NCBI GenBank assembly: GCA_964016885.1
Contig: OZ024741.1
Span: forward strand, 148,986,001 to 149,050,000
Source: Eledone cirrhosa
Lineage: Eukaryota
Length of the DNA stretch: 64,000 nucleotides
Direction of reading: 5' to 3'
A model generated the notes under the pieces. That model did no database searches, was not told where the DNA came from, and saw nothing but the letters and a program-made list of their open reading frames with translations. This document shows, in pieces, positions 30,057-44,080 of the stretch (position 1 is its first letter; each line of letters starts with the position of its first letter). Position numbers and translations under genes: made by a program.

Positions 30057-32610
30057 TCTATAAAAACTTGTTTATGTTTTTCAAAGCGGGACCAGTTGAG
30101 GTAAAATAATTGTGCCGTAATGTTCGAGCTGCGAATTTGATTTTTGTTGTGGGCAGATAGCATGGGGCCCAAGTCATTTGGTGTACTTTAAAGATGATGC
30201 CAACATCATTTGGGCAATGCTGATGGAATATTTTCCACATAATGCAGATAATGTAGTGCTTTCAACGGTGTTGGAGTTTGAGCTTTTCTAGTCGACCGCC
30301 AATAGTCAAGGCCTGTCATGCCATCTATTTTTTATGATTGACCTTTGAGGTGCTTCAATTTTCATAATATTTTGTTTCATGTGGGGAGACCACAGTGGAC
30401 AACAGTAGTCAAGGTGGGGGTCAGGCAAAAGTAGAGAAGAGAAGGTAATGGTGTGGATATCTCTTAGCTGAAAAGTTCTGAGAATCCAGGAACACATTCT
30501 GCAGTCCATGTCAACTTCGCTGTTTATATGTTATTTTTTTCCGCCTATTGGATAACAAGTAGATCTCAATGAAGACATGTCCGGTCTCCCACTCCATTGA
30601 CGACCTTCTGGAGCTTGGAATTATCTACATACACACACATACACATATATATATGTAATGACCTCACACCTTGCAGCTTAGGCTTTTACAGTTGTACCAC
30701 AGTATCATTATATGCGAAGTTATGCAGTTTCTCTTACAACCATACCCGGTTATGTAATATACAGTCCACTTTTTTCACTACCCTCTAGGCTGCTACTGTG
30801 TGTGTGTGTTTACATACATATATGTTGAAATTGATATATACCCACTTATATCATTCAGCAGCCAGTTTGTCACACTTTAGGCTTCTCCTTCCAACATACG
30901 AATACACCTTCACATGCACACACACAAAAACACGCATGCATACTCACTATACATTATCTCCCTTTGTAAACCTATTTTACACCGTATTTACCATTCACTA
31001 GCCACTCTTCGCTTTTTATATGAGTTGCCCTGCTTATGTTGTCCACAATTACTCTCAAATCTCTGATGTAGTTGGATGCCATGAGAGTTTCACCTGAAAG
31101 AAGGGAGTATGGGAGTTTCAGGGCATCCTCTTTTCCAAAGTGGATTAACTCAAATTTATTCTTGTTCAGCAGCATATTGTTCTTTTCCGCTCATTCGATA
31201 ACAGCCAGTAGGTGTAACTGAGGGTAGATAACATCAGTGTTGGAGCCCTTTCCCAAAGCTCTCAAAATATCATCAACATGATTAAGGAACTGCATTAGGC
31301 AGACTCTTCCATTATGGAACCCATGTTGGTTGGAGTTCAGCAGTGAGTTGCTTTCAAGAATGTGGGTTATTTGGGATCTCACCACCCTCTCAAATACCTT
31401 AATGATATGAGAGGTGGGTGAGATCGGATAGTAGTTCACTGCAAGAGACTTGTTTCCCTTTTTGAAAACTGGGACAACAGACTGGGACAGAAAGTTTTCA
31501 GGAATATAGCCAGCATCCAGTGAGTTCCTCCACAGATTAGCAAGAGGAGATGCAAGTTGGTGTCGATATACCTTCAGGACACAAGCAGGGAACCTATCGG
31601 GACCTACTGCTGAATTGTGTTTAATTTCATTTATTGCCGCTAAAACATCAGGGGCGCCAAACGTTATATTCCGATATAGGGTGTTAGGGATTAACATCAC
31701 TGATATAGCCTAGATTGGCCATATCAGGATTGCTGAAAACAGAGCCGTATTGTTTCTGCAGTATCTTGAAGCATGTCATTTTCATCAACTAGAGGGCCAA
31801 CAGTGGAGACAGTGACCTTGTGATTTTTTGCAACACTTTGGGGTTGAGTTTGATTTTCTCAATGGCCCATTTCTCCTCAGCTGTTCTTTGGTTATTGATG
31901 ATGGTCTTCATGCATTGTTGGAGGTTATACTTTTTTGATTCAAGCAGTGCGATAGCCATCGAATGTGTGTGTTGCTGTGGGCAGTATTTTAGTTTGTTAT
32001 TTTTTTTTGTTTGTTCTTTTTATTTTTCTGTTAATAGTTTTTCTGTTTTGGGGAATTCTGCACTTAATTTTGTTCACAGGTCTTGGTGGGGAGTGTTTTG
32101 CAAATATATTTGTGACAATGTCTACAAAGATCTGCCAAGATGTTTTGATTTTGGTGGAGATGTTTGCGTGTGTAAAAGACCAGTCAACATGTGATAACTT
32201 GTTCATGAATGCATCCCAGTTGGCATTATAGAGATCCCTGTTATCAAATGGGTGGGCTGGAGAGAGGTCACTAGGATTAGCTTTCAGCTGGTGGAATCTC
32301 AGGTTACAAAGAACCATGTTATGGTCTGAAAGAAGGGTTTTTTCGACTGTAATATTATGTATAGTGTTAGTGTGGTTACTAAACACTAGGTCCAAAATGT
32401 TCTTCTGATACCTTGTTGGTGCAAGGACAAGTTGGGACAAGAAAAGCTCATTCATAAAGTCGAGAAGTGACTCAACTGTTTCTTTGTCAGCGGTTGAGGT
32501 GGGAGTGCCTGGTTTCTAACTGTTTGTAGACAATCAACACAGGGTAGATTAAAGTCTCCCGTCATCAGTATGTTCCTAGAATGGAACTGTTGAATAAAGC
32601 ACTTAATGTA
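30057..32610 (-). mobile_element. Decayed CR1/L2-group LINE (APE + RT), interrupted at ~30500-30990
   Basis: PTRYQKNILDLVFSN...SDHNMV, GPDRFPA, VVPVFKKG..NYYPISPTSHIIKVFERVV, NQHGF and HLDYCCPLWSP. Confidence 0.87.
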
Positions 32611-32752
32611 AAAATTGGCTAGTGTTTACAAAGACACACATACACACACATATATATATATACAACACAACACCCTTCTCTAACCTGAATGCTGCACCTA
32701 ACCTTAACCCTAACAACTATATCTTTTAAAAATAGCTAATCTTTACACACAG

Positions 32753-32790
<38 letters not shown>

Positions 32791-32809
32791 GTGTGTGTGT
32801 GTGTGTGTC

Positions 32810-34300
32810 CATAAATACAGTAAAATTCTGAACTCTAAAACTATTAGGCTATCATACTCCACGGCACCAAACCTTGAAGCATACATAAAAAAACTTAACT
32901 TAAAGCAATTAAATAACACTACAAAAAAAAATATTTTGGTAACAGATGGGCAGAACGTAATATCTGCCTCCCAACCACTAAATGGGAGACGGGTATTACA
33001 CAACCCACCTGTACTGCTATCACAACCTATCCATGGTATACCCGCTACCCACAACAAAAACTGTAACTGCCATCTACCTGAAAGATGTCCATTGAAGAAT
33101 AAATGCCTAAAGTCCAACATTGTTTACCAATGCACGGTTGAATCGAACGACCAGAAATGGTATTACATCGGGTCTACCACCACCTCGTTTAAATCTCGCT
33201 GGTACCGTCATCGATTCTTAATTAAACATCCTGATCACCGTTTTGTGACCACGCTCGCCAACAAGACCTGGCAACTCCGTGAACGCAACCAACAGTTCAC
33301 CTTAAAATGGGATATACTTTCCAGCGCAAGTGCATATCAGAGTGGATTGAGGTACTGTAGGTTATGTAACCTTGAACTCTTTTACATCTTAAAGTCCAAA
33401 AATAAACTACTTAACGATAGAATCGAACGATCATTATACTGCAACCACAAACTAAAAGCTAAATTCTCTCACTATAAAATAACTTAACATTCGAACCCGT
33501 AACTATAACATCGCTTTCTAGCTAACCACCCTCTCTTCCCCCACACTACAAGACAATACCCTGCCTATCACTATAAATGGTAACTTAGTGCAATTCGCAG
33601 ATTACTACTACGAACCCAAAGTTCACCCACCCCATAGCTTTCGTCTGTCCCCTCTCTATCTCTCCCTCTATATCCATTCCACTCTCTCTCTCTCGCCTTT
33701 GGCCTACATCCTTCCCTCTCCACATCTATGAACCTGCCCTCTGGGGCAATAAATAATTCCAACCTTGACTATCAACGCATCGCTTAAGATGGTCGCTCTA
33801 AGAGTAACCAGTATAATAAAACCCCTACCATAACATTTTGATTAAGATATCTACAAACCACTCTCTCCTATTTCTCCAACCCCTGCACATCTTTCTCTCT
33901 CTCTTCCTCTCCCCTACTTTTCTCTCTTCCTTTTCTACTCTATCTTCTCCAATAACCTCACTTAAGGGTATTTACATTGTACATTTTAACCATTCTGCTC
34001 TGATGATACAGTGGTCACAGCATTTGATATTTGAGTTTTGCAAATAGTTGTAAATTTGCACATAGCATAACTAGGCTGTAGTACCACCGTGGAAACATTT
34101 GTAAGCACACGGAATAAATTACCTTTTTATGATGCCTACCTGTTATCATTCATTCTTTATCTACACTCCGGAATACAGAAGGATCAGGAACTAAGTTTCT
34201 TCAACAATTCTTCCATAACTCGTTGAGTAACCTCTCACCGTACGTCAACCATATCCAGTGTAGTAATTAACCATTACTGCATCTAGGATAATCCTATACC
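32810..34300 (+). mobile_element. 5'-truncated PLE: GIY-YIG ORF (to 33487) plus 3' UTR/pLTR, between (TG)n and (TA)n
   Basis: CNCHLPERCPLKNKC, IVYQCTV...YYIGSTTTSFKSRWYRH and CRLCNLE. Confidence 0.88.
33996..34107 (+). ncRNA. Type I hammerhead (GUA) with extended stem II in the PLE pLTR
   Basis: tgct CTGATGA tacagtggtcacagc...gctgtagtaccaccgtg GAAA ca-tt-tg TA agca. Confidence 0.78.
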
Positions 34301-34419
34301 TAATATATATATATACATACATACCTACATATAAATTTATACAATACACACACGCATTTAAATTATAAAAATATATAATTCAAAGGGAGAAAACATACAT
34401 TAGTTATTAATTTGGTTCT

Positions 34420-35090
34420 CTCCCTTGAGTTGACATGGCCCGCAGAATGTGTTCCTGAATTCTCAGAACCTTCCAGTCGAGAGATATCCACAATGTTATC
34501 CTTCTCTTTTCCACTTTTGCCCCACCCCACCTTGAATACTGTTGTCCACTGTGGTCTCCCAAAACGAAACAAAGTATCATGAAAGTTGAAGCACCTCAAA
34601 GGTCAATTACAAAAAAGATAGATGGCATGACAGGCCTTGAAAATTCTAGTCGACTAGAAAAGCTCGACCTTCATTCTCTCCAATGTCGTCGTGAGCGTTA
34701 CGTTATCTGCATGATGTGGAAAATATTCCATCAGCATTGCCCAAATGATGTTGGCTGCCAACAGTTGGCATCACCTTTAAGGTACACCCAAGGCTTGGGC
34801 CCCGTGCTATCCGTCCCTCCCAACAAAAACACACTCACATCTCATAACAACAATACGGCACAATTATTTCACCTCAATTGGCCCCGCTCTCTTTAACATT
34901 ACACCAAAACACATTAAAATGGAAACAGACGCCATAAAGTTCAAGAAGTCTTTGGAAATTTTTCCTTCAAGAAATCCAGGATCACACCCGGATATGTCCT
35001 CATAAACAACAACTCTCTACTTGAGTGGGCTATGGTGTCCAAATCCTGATTTGAAAGACTTCGCCAGGTGGTGCAATTAAGTTAGACATT
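34420..35090 (+). mobile_element. CR1-like LINE 3' end
   Basis: VEAPQRSITKKIDGM...RLEKLDLHSLQCRRERY. Inverted homolog of 30057-30500. Confidence 0.85.
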
Positions 35091-35101
35091 GCCTGAAAAG
35101 T

Positions 35102-35133
<32 letters not shown>

Positions 35134-35208
35134 ATGTGTATATGTGATGTATATATATATATAAAATAATAGGAGGCTGGACTGGTGTAAATCCTTGAAA
35201 GGTTTATT

Positions 35209-35266
35209 ATACTATGATCATTTCAATGACCGGGTTCCATATGAATCCGGTGATATCATCAGGTAT
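35209..35266 (-). ncRNA. Type I hammerhead (AUA) in a non-coding cassette at ~35160-36030
   Basis: Minus strand: atac CTGATGA tatcaccggattc-atatg-gaacccggtcatt GAAA t-gatc-a TA gtat. Palindromic loop III. A homolog lies at 63691-63748. Confidence 0.82.
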
Positions 35267-36059
35267 TCGAAATATAACAAAGGAACATAACAGATAAAAT
35301 CCATGGGTCCAAAAATCAAAGACAAAGAGGACGACTGACCAACTAGCTGCTTTCACCTCAGTCAGTCGCCCTCAAGTGATGGCTACTCGGTCTACCAATG
35401 ACCATCTGATGAGGGGGCGAAGGCTTATAGTGTACTACCACCTCTCCGTCAAAGAGAAAAAGAAGAAAGAAAGAAAGAAGAAAAGTCAGCCTAAGGGTCA
35501 CACTACAGTCAGGCTAGAAATCGCCGCGAAAAATGTTATTCCAAAGAACCTATATGTTAACAGAGGCATATATAGTAGGCGTCTATATGGTATAACGTTA
35601 AACTTATGTTTAGAGTTATAGGATGAAATTAAATTAAAAAAAAATTATTAAAAAATTAAAGGTTTGGGTTGCGAGATTTATTTAATGAAATTACAGAAAG
35701 AGTCTTATATGAAAAAAGTTTAAGTGTATTATAGGGAATCTCGATAAGTTATCAGGGTGGGATATAGAGTAAAGATTAAAGCCTTCGATTGTAAATCCCA
35801 GCCAGCACCTCCTAACTACGTGTCAGCCAATTTCGAGTGGTATCGTCTAGCGAAAGAAATGGAAATTAATTTTTCCGAGTACTCTAGGAACGTGACTGCC
35901 ATAGGCTTTGGGTGTGCTAGAGGGAAGTCTACCATCTTCGACAGGCCATCGTCTATACCAAACGAATACTATTAATTCACACAGGAGGGGTTTATTTACA
36001 TGCCAGTAGGGGGAGGCATGATACAGCTATATATATTATATATATATATATATATATAT

Positions 36060-36890
36060 GTTAGCTGCAGTACCTGGTAATACCTGGAAAAGGTGGGGTT
36101 ATTCGCAGTTCCCAGAGTGTGCCTGAAAATGTTAGTGACCCTAGGTGCCCATACTGGATATTCAAAAGCAATCTTTGCTAGGTGTGTTTATGGCAGATCA
36201 ATTTTTGTGTGGAACTATCAATAGCTATTTAAGTCATAAGTCGTTCTTCCATCTAGCTTTCTTCATTCAGAGCGAATAAGCCCGGGAAGTTTGAGCTCGA
36301 AGAGGATCGAACTTATTCAACAAACATCTGTATAAGAATAGCAAACTTACTGCCTTAGCGCTCAAGAACAAACACAGAACAATTGAGAAAATCATCGCAA
36401 TTGTTGAAGAAATTATAACCGAGTGAACATATTCAAGCACCCTGTATATCACCGTTTGTAAAGACTTTCGAATGACTGAAAGTAATTCAATAAAATCATC
36501 CCGTTTTCTCCCTATAGTAGACATAACCCGAGAAAACACACCATAATAAGTCGGATAAAATATCAAAAGTGATGGCCCTAAAGAGGGCCTTGTAACGTTC
36601 ACTGTTGCAAAGTGTCAATAATGGGTGAGACTTACATCTTAATTCGTGTTAATCTTCCCACAATCCAACACCTCGAAATATCAACAAAATAAATTCTACT
36701 CTCAAAGACGGTATGTTACAATTAACATGCCGGGAGTATGAATATTCGTCAACATACGATTTGGGTTTTATTCTTCAGACTAATCTCATGGTAAACCAAC
36801 TTCCAGGTCATTGATCATCACACTTTTTTGAAACTTATCACTGATTCCTGCAGTTGACCTAAGCATGTGCACGTGTTCAGAATCCATATC
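36060..36890 (-). mobile_element. Possible very decayed Helitron helicase 3' remnant
   Basis: Weak echoes of PIF1 motifs (HEISLK, GVFSRV) and a degenerate terminal hairpin near 36062-36090. Confidence 0.3.
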
Positions 36891-37661
36891 AGTGGATGTG
36901 ATATATATATATATATATATTTAACGAATGGTAATAAATGAAAAGTTTAGATATGTGATAATAACAAGATTGTTAAATGTAATAACATGAATAAGAATAG
37001 AAGTAATAACGTGAATATAAAGAATATAAGAATAAATTATTTGATTTATATAGTTTATTTCACGTGAATTAGAAGGTTCAATAAACAAGTTACCATAAGA
37101 TGCAAAGATTGACAATATTATTTTGGTAGGCTGTTGTTGTTGTTGGTGTTAAAACAGCGAGTTACAGATAATTGTTGTTGTTGTTGGAATTCGTGGTAAT
37201 AGTTGTTAGACCGTGTTAGTAAGAGAGTATGGTATGTATAGCTCTGAATGGTTTGTAGTAACTGAGAAATACCGTAAACTGCATACAGCGGTGAATCTTC
37301 CACATTTGTGTTCTGTATAGCAGGGTTCCAATCGCTCTGGGTGTATCTGTAGACTTCATGGGGTCTGTTGAATAGTGGTGAATCTTTACATAGCTTGTTC
37401 TGTAGTGGGGTGCTCCGATGTCTCTGGCTGTAGACCACTGGTGGTCTATTGGTAGCAGTAAATCCTTACATATTAGTTGTGTATCCTAGTGCTTCAATAT
37501 CTCTCTGTCTCTGATAGCTTGATACAGGGTCTATATATAGCTGTCACTTCCTGTCCCCAACCTGAAGGGACAGCCCACGCATGAACTTAACACAATAAAT
37601 GTGGTGACCTAAAATTTGATCTCTAGGTATCACCCAAAGTTCAAGGCGCGGACAGATTTCG

Positions 37662-37789
<128 letters not shown>

Positions 37790-37990
37790 TTAGTTATACT
37801 ATCTATGGTTATGTAAATACAAAACCTTATGCAGTTATAAGTATTTTACATACACCCTAAATAGTGGTAGGCAGTAATGTATTACTACCTTATTACCAGT
37901 AAGTTAAGTAGCTCAATGTAAAAACATCAGATGATTTACAGAGCAGTTATATGAAATATAAGAATCAAAGAACTGTTCAAAACATTATTG

Positions 37991-38037
37991 TGCTTACAGC
38001 TGTTTCCTCCAAACCGAGGTTTGGATTCTTCGGAGCA
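37991..38037 (-). ncRNA. Hammerhead with variant core CCGAAGA (GUA)
   Basis: tgct CCGAAGA a-tccaaacc-tc-ggtttgga-g GAAA c-agct-g TA agca. Confidence 0.72.
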
Positions 38038-39439
38038 ATTTATTAATGCATGGACAGTTATATGACCTCCTTTTCAGCCGAGAGACATACAACGACATCC
38101 CTCTGGAACCCTTCGCAGGGCGAATACCCATTTATACCTCTACGTCAGGTGTGACAACATCCACCCACTTGAACTGCACTATACCGCTCTATGGGTAATT
38201 TGAGCATGATTTGATCGGTTTGATAGTGTTGTGCAGAGGAAACACCTTCCTTAGACAGATGAAAAACGATTTAATCTAGTAACGCTGTTGAGCAGTAGGA
38301 CCAGGCTGCTGAGCGCAGTGAGTGAATGCATTGCAACTGGCGTGCGGGTTGTACATATATGGATGATCTGGCGGTCAGAGAGGGGTCGCGAGAATGCGGA
38401 TTGACCTCTGGCCGGCCTGGGGATGATTATCTTTCGACATCCAATGTAGCAAGCGATGACCCAGAACTTACCAGAGATCATTGGGTCCTGAAGCAATCCT
38501 GCAATCACCGCGCCTGGTCCTATGAGTAGACTACAACCACAGAGATCATTAATTTAGAATCCTCTCTCATCATCTATAATATCCATTTGTGGCACCTTAC
38601 GATGGGGGTTAATCCACCATAATAATATGAACACCTTCAGCATAACTTAATTAAACTACTCTATAGTTAATACACTTTATGCTTTAAATATTTCTTTGGA
38701 GGATGCGCATCACCATAGAATTTAGGGTCTACATTGTGACACATTTTAATAGCTAGGTATAGAAACCCCGGAGTTACCTCCCCGCATGCATTAACTCCCC
38801 TTAGCCACACACACACTTCCGGGTGGTATTCAATGGCGTTTCTCGAAACGTAACAGCCTCCTGTATTGAACTAAAGAACACCAGACTACGATCTCTAACT
38901 GGATTGTCAAACGCTCAATATCGGATTGTCGTGGATTATGTGAGTAGCATATAATCGAAAAATACACTCCCCTGACCATGAAAATGTCGAAGTACATGAA
39001 ATACTTGACATCCCTTCGCTGTGCATCTCCAATACTTTTAACACTTTTAATGCTTGCACTATTTTTAATGCTTATAACATTTCTCCACACACAGACTATA
39101 TCAATCATATAAAGAATTTGCCACCAGATCTACCAACCTAACACTCTTGTTTACCTACCTAAGTGCCTCTACCACACATATCTCTCTGCCACACTATATA
39201 AATAAGACGCACATGCGTGCCACACATATAACATTTGCACTATATAACCGCTTATCTTCATGTTGTATTTTAACCTGTATTTTTGATTTTTGATTGTACC
39301 TCTTAATATAAATGTAATCTCGAAGTGTGTACTGCCACTCTAAATTCTGTAATGAATGTTGACCCACAATGTTTGAATATGTATCGGTATGTCTCTCGGC
39401 TGAAAAGGAGGTCATATAACTGTCCATGCATTAATAAAT

Positions 39440-39486
39440 TGCTCCGAAGAATCCAAACCTCGGTTTGGAGGAAACAGCTGTAAGCA
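39440..39486 (+). ncRNA. Hammerhead with variant core CCGAAGA (GUA), inverted twin of 37991-38037
   Basis: Identical motif on the + strand. Confidence 0.72.
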
Positions 39487-39542
39487 CAATAATGTTTTGA
39501 ACAGTTCTTTGATTCTTATATTTCATATATTTCATATTTCAT

Positions 39543-39595
<53 letters not shown>

Positions 39596-39634
39596 TAGCG
39601 AGGTTTTTTTATATGAAATCGTGTGTCGAAACAG

Positions 39635-40666
39635 ATATTGTTATACTTGGGGAGGGTCATATTTGCGTAATATTGCCAGAATTAATAACAGAACACACTC
39701 ACTGTTTGGTTGGTTTTCGCTTCTCGCTGTCTTTTATATCTGCGATCTAACTTACTCGGTCCTCAATGTTGCCATTGACTGACCGACGGTAAAAAATAAT
39801 ACAGATACAATATAGACACAAACACATATATATAGTTTACATAATTTACATAAATCTTTCGTTGCACATCTGCAACATCGTCAGTGGTGTTATATTCATT
39901 GTTCCTCCTGTTGTGTTGTATGTCTACGCCATTTTTTTTTTAATTCAGTCTGTCTATATATTTATTTATTTATTTGCTTGTTTGTTTATCTTATTTTATT
40001 TTGTCTTCTTTGCGCATGCGTTTGCGTGTGTGTATAGTGTTATGTGTGCTGTGTGACTAGTGTGTATAGTGTTGTGTCTGCTGGGTGACTAGTGTGTGTT
40101 TATGTGCTTGTTGTTATTGTGCTTGTGTATGTATTTATTTATCTTATTTTATTTTATTTTATTTACTTATTTATACTTCTCTTAGGTCAGTGTTGTTTGT
40201 TTGGGTGTTGTTGTTGTTCCACTCATTCTTTCTGTTTAGCTTTGGTCTTCTAATTTCTATTTCACTTTGGTCTTCTAATTTCTATTTCACTGGCCTCTCT
40301 GATTTGCCTATCTGCTGGGTCATTCCTATGTTTAGATATTATTCTAATTTCTATGAATAAAAAAAAAAATGGCGTAGACATACAACACAACAGGAAGAAC
40401 AATGAATATAACACCACTGACGATGTTGCAGATGTGCAACGAAAGATTTATGTAAATTATGTAAACTATATATATGTGTTTGTGTCTATATTGTATCTGT
40501 ATTATTTTTTACCGTCGGTCAGTCAATGGCAACATTGAGGACCGAGTAAGTTAGATCGCAGATATAAAAGACAGCGAGAAGCGAAAACCAACCAAACAGT
40601 GAGTGTGTTCTGTTATTAATTCTGGCAATATTACGCAAATATGACCCTCCCCAAGTATAACAATAT
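39635..40666. repeat. Inverted repeat, ~312-bp arms (39635-39946 / 40355-40666), ~410-bp spacer
   Basis: Near-perfect reverse complement. A third diverged copy lies at 62885-63425. Confidence 0.92.
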
Positions 40667-40679
40667 ATATATATATATA

Positions 40680-43600
40680 ATGGAAAAATTTGAACAGGGA
40701 CAAAACAGAGAGGCAGTACAACGAATGTTTATTAATTTCACGCTCTGGAGAGTGGGGTGTTGGTGGGGGACGACGTTTCGGGCATAAGCCCTTCCTCAGG
40801 TGAGAAGTGTGTGGGAACAGAGTTCAAAGGGTGTGTAGGGGAGTGGTGGAGAGACATATAGCGAAAGGAAACGGTGCGAATGAAAAAAATAAAAATAAAA
40901 ATAAAAATAAAGCATGATCAAAAAAAATACAAGGAATGAAATAAATTTAAATATAAAAGCATGATCAAAATAAACTGAAATTAAAAGGGGGGTAAAACAG
41001 GTGGTGGAAGGGTGTGGGGTGTGTAGGGGTGGTGGAGGGTGGAGTGGGGAGAGGGAGACGGGGTGTCCGAGCGGGGAGGGCTGAAGGTGGTGTGTGTGTG
41101 TAGGTGTACGTGTGTGTGTGTATGTATGTGAAAGTAAGGGTTGGGGGAAGAACGGGGTTGCATGTTCAGGAAGAGGTGTGTGGGGGGGTCGGAGTGTCTG
41201 TGCGTGTGTGGATAGAGGGATGGGGGGAGAGGAATCAGGAGGCTGAGGGTGTAAATATGTGGTGGAAAGCACGTGTGTGTGGGGGGTTTAAGCGTGTTGT
41301 GGGTGTAGGTGGCGTGTGGAGAAAAACATTTTTGGGGGTGTGTGTGTGGGTGAGTTATATAGGTGATTACGTAAGAGGATGGTTGAAAAGTTGGTAAAAT
41401 CCAAAGGTGTTTAGTGGATTCTGTGGTGGTCAATTTCTGCGTGCGAGTATTCCATGAAGCGATGGTCGGAAGAGGAGAGATGTGGGGTGCGCGCGCAACA
41501 GGAAGTGGTCAAGCAGTGGGAGTGCTGTGTGTCTGTTTGTGCTGGGAGGTGGTCAGAGGGCATAGCAGCAGTCGGTGGAATGGTAAAGGGGCGAGGATGG
41601 GTAGGTGTGAAAGTTGGAGTGAGGAGGGTGTGTGTGTGTATTAGTAGAGGTGTTAGTGGGATGAGTGAGTGTGGAGCGAGGGTGTGGGTGGAGCGAGGGT
41701 GTGGGTGGAGCGGGGAGAGAAGGGTGTGTGTGGTTCTATGGAGGGAGTGTGGTGTACTGGTGTGTGTGTAGTTTGATGAATGGGTGTTAGTGGGTGTTAG
41801 TATACGGGAGGTGGGGAGGGGTTGAATGCAGGTGTGAGTGGGGGTTAGTGGTGGTAGGGTGTGTAGAGTTGGTGGTGTACGAGGGTGTGTGGGTACGTGT
41901 GCGTGGGGTTGGGGGGTGTTAGTGATGTTAGTTGCGTGTGGGGTGGGTGGTGTAAGTGGGTGCGTGTGTTCGTGTGCTAGGGGTTAGGGGGTGTTAGTGA
42001 GGTTAGTTGCGGGGTGGTGGGATGGAGGTGTGGGGGTGAGAGGTGTGGGGTGAGGGTTAGTGGTGGTAGTAGGGTGTGTGTTTAGTGTGAGCGCGTGTAT
42101 ATATGTGCCGGTGGGTGTGTGCGTGTGATAAGGAGGGGGGAGGAGGAGAAGAAGGGAGGGATGTTAGTATGTTAGTTGGGGAAGGGTGGTCAGATGAGGG
42201 GTGGAGTGGAGGTGTTAGTATTGTTAGTTGTGGGGTGGGCGGTGAAAAGGAGGGGTGTGTTAGTGGTGTTAGTGGGAGATAAGTGTGGGGGGAGGGGGGC
42301 GGTCGAAGGCTAAATGAATAAGGGTGGGGAGTTCAGGCCGGGGGGAGTGTGGGTCTGTAAGATGAAGATAGTTCGTTGTTCGACCCTAAGACGATTGGCG
42401 GGTGTTCCGTGGCACTGGAGTAGGCCACATCCCACCACCCCACAGAGATGGCGTGCAGAATGTCCAGGGCCACCAAAGTGGCGGGCGATGGGGGAACTAC
42501 CCCCGAGACGAATATCCCGGAGGTGCTCAGTGAATCGGTCCGCCAGGCGACGTCCCGTCTGTCCGACATAGACTAGGTTGGAGGAAGTGCAGCGGAGGGC
42601 ATGCCGGACAGAGAGAGAGTGGTCGTTGGGACTCTGGAAGGTGGTGGTGTTGATGATGTGGGGACAGGTGTTGCAGCGGGGCCTAGAACAGGGAAAGGAA
42701 CCGGGGGGGGGGGGCAGAGCGTGGGTTGGGGGGTAGGGAGCTGTGGACGAGGAGGGTGCGGAGATTGCATGCGCGTTTGAAGGAGGGGAGTGGTAGGGTT
42801 GGGAAGATGTGGGAGGTGGAGGGGTCGGACTGGAGGCGTCGGAAGAGGCGGCGGATGGGGCGGTGGAGGGGTAGGGTGGAGGGGTGGTAGGTGATGGGGA
42901 AGGGGAAGGGGAGACGGTGGGTGGGTGTGCGGTGGCGTGGGGTGAGGGTGGTGGAGCGGTGGACAGCACGGGCGCGGGTGAGAGCGGTGTGGACGAGAGA
43001 GGGGGGGTAACCTCTGCGGATGAAATGGCTGACTAGGGAAAGGGCCTGGGACTCAAAGTCAGCATCTCGGCTACAGAGGCGGCGGATCCTGAGAAGTTGG
43101 GAGTAGGGAATGGAGTGTTTAGTGTGGGTGGGGTGGGAAGAGGTGAAGTCGAAGTAAGAGTGGGAGTCGGTGGGTTTGAAGAAGGCGGAGGTGACGAGGG
43201 AGTGGTGGGAGGGGTCGAAGGCGACGGAGATGTCTAAGAAGTGGACGTGGGTGGTGGAGATAGAGGTGGTGAAGTGGAGGGAGGGGTGCAAGGAGCAGAA
43301 GAAGGAGAGAAAGGAGTCGAGCTGTTCTCGGGTGAGGGTCGTGGCTCCGATACAGTCGTCAATGTAACGACCGTACAGTTCGGGCGTGGGGCCGGTGTAC
43401 TGGGCAAAGATTTGGGCCTCAACATGGCCAACAAAAAGGTTGGCATAGTTCGGGCCTATTCTTGTACCCATGGCTACCCCTGTGACCTGTTGGTAAAACT
43501 CACCCGAGAAGGAGAAACAATTCAGGGTGAGGACCAGCTCGGCGAGGCGAAGGAGGGTGTGGGTGGAGGGAATGGGGGAGGGGCGAAGGTCGAGGTAGTG

Positions 43601-44080
43601 TTTGAGGGCGCGTAGGCCGTCGGCGTGGGGGATGACGGTATAGAGGGACTTGATGTCTAGGGTGAAGAGGAAGGGCTGTGGGCCGGGTGGGTAGGTGAAG
43701 GAGTCGAAAAGGCGCAGGGCGTGGTTGGTGTCGGAGATGTGGGAGAGGAGGGTGGTGACAAGGGGAGCGAGGATGGAGTCGAGAAAGGCGGAGATGAGTT
43801 CGGTGGGGCAGTTGCAAGCGGAGACGATGGGGCGGCCGGGGTTGTCGGGTTGGTGGAGTTTGGGGAGGAAGTAGATGGTGGGGGTGCGGGGGGTGCAGAC
43901 GATGAGGTGAGAAGCGGTGGGGGGAGGAGGGAGGAGGCGATAAGGTCTTTGATGGTGGAGGAGACTTGTTGTTGGTAGAGGGGGGTGGGATCGGAGGGCA
44001 GAGGGCGGTAAAAGAGGGGGTTACAGAACTGCCTCAGGGCTTCGGCCGTGTAGAGGTCCGCGCGCCACACCACTACGGCG

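Noticed and set aside
35400-35460. CTGATGA...hairpin on the + strand
   Set aside because: There is no correctly placed GAAA/NUH, and the motif is not conserved in the homolog at ~63865.
36920-37540. Possible coding remnant on the minus strand (37118-37438 ORF)
   Set aside because: No recognisable motif, so it is left unassigned.
40796-42300. Pro/His/Thr- or Val/Gly-rich ORFs (also 59375-60822)
   Set aside because: They come from the low-complexity C/A-rich 3' UTR of the Neptune element and show no domain signal.
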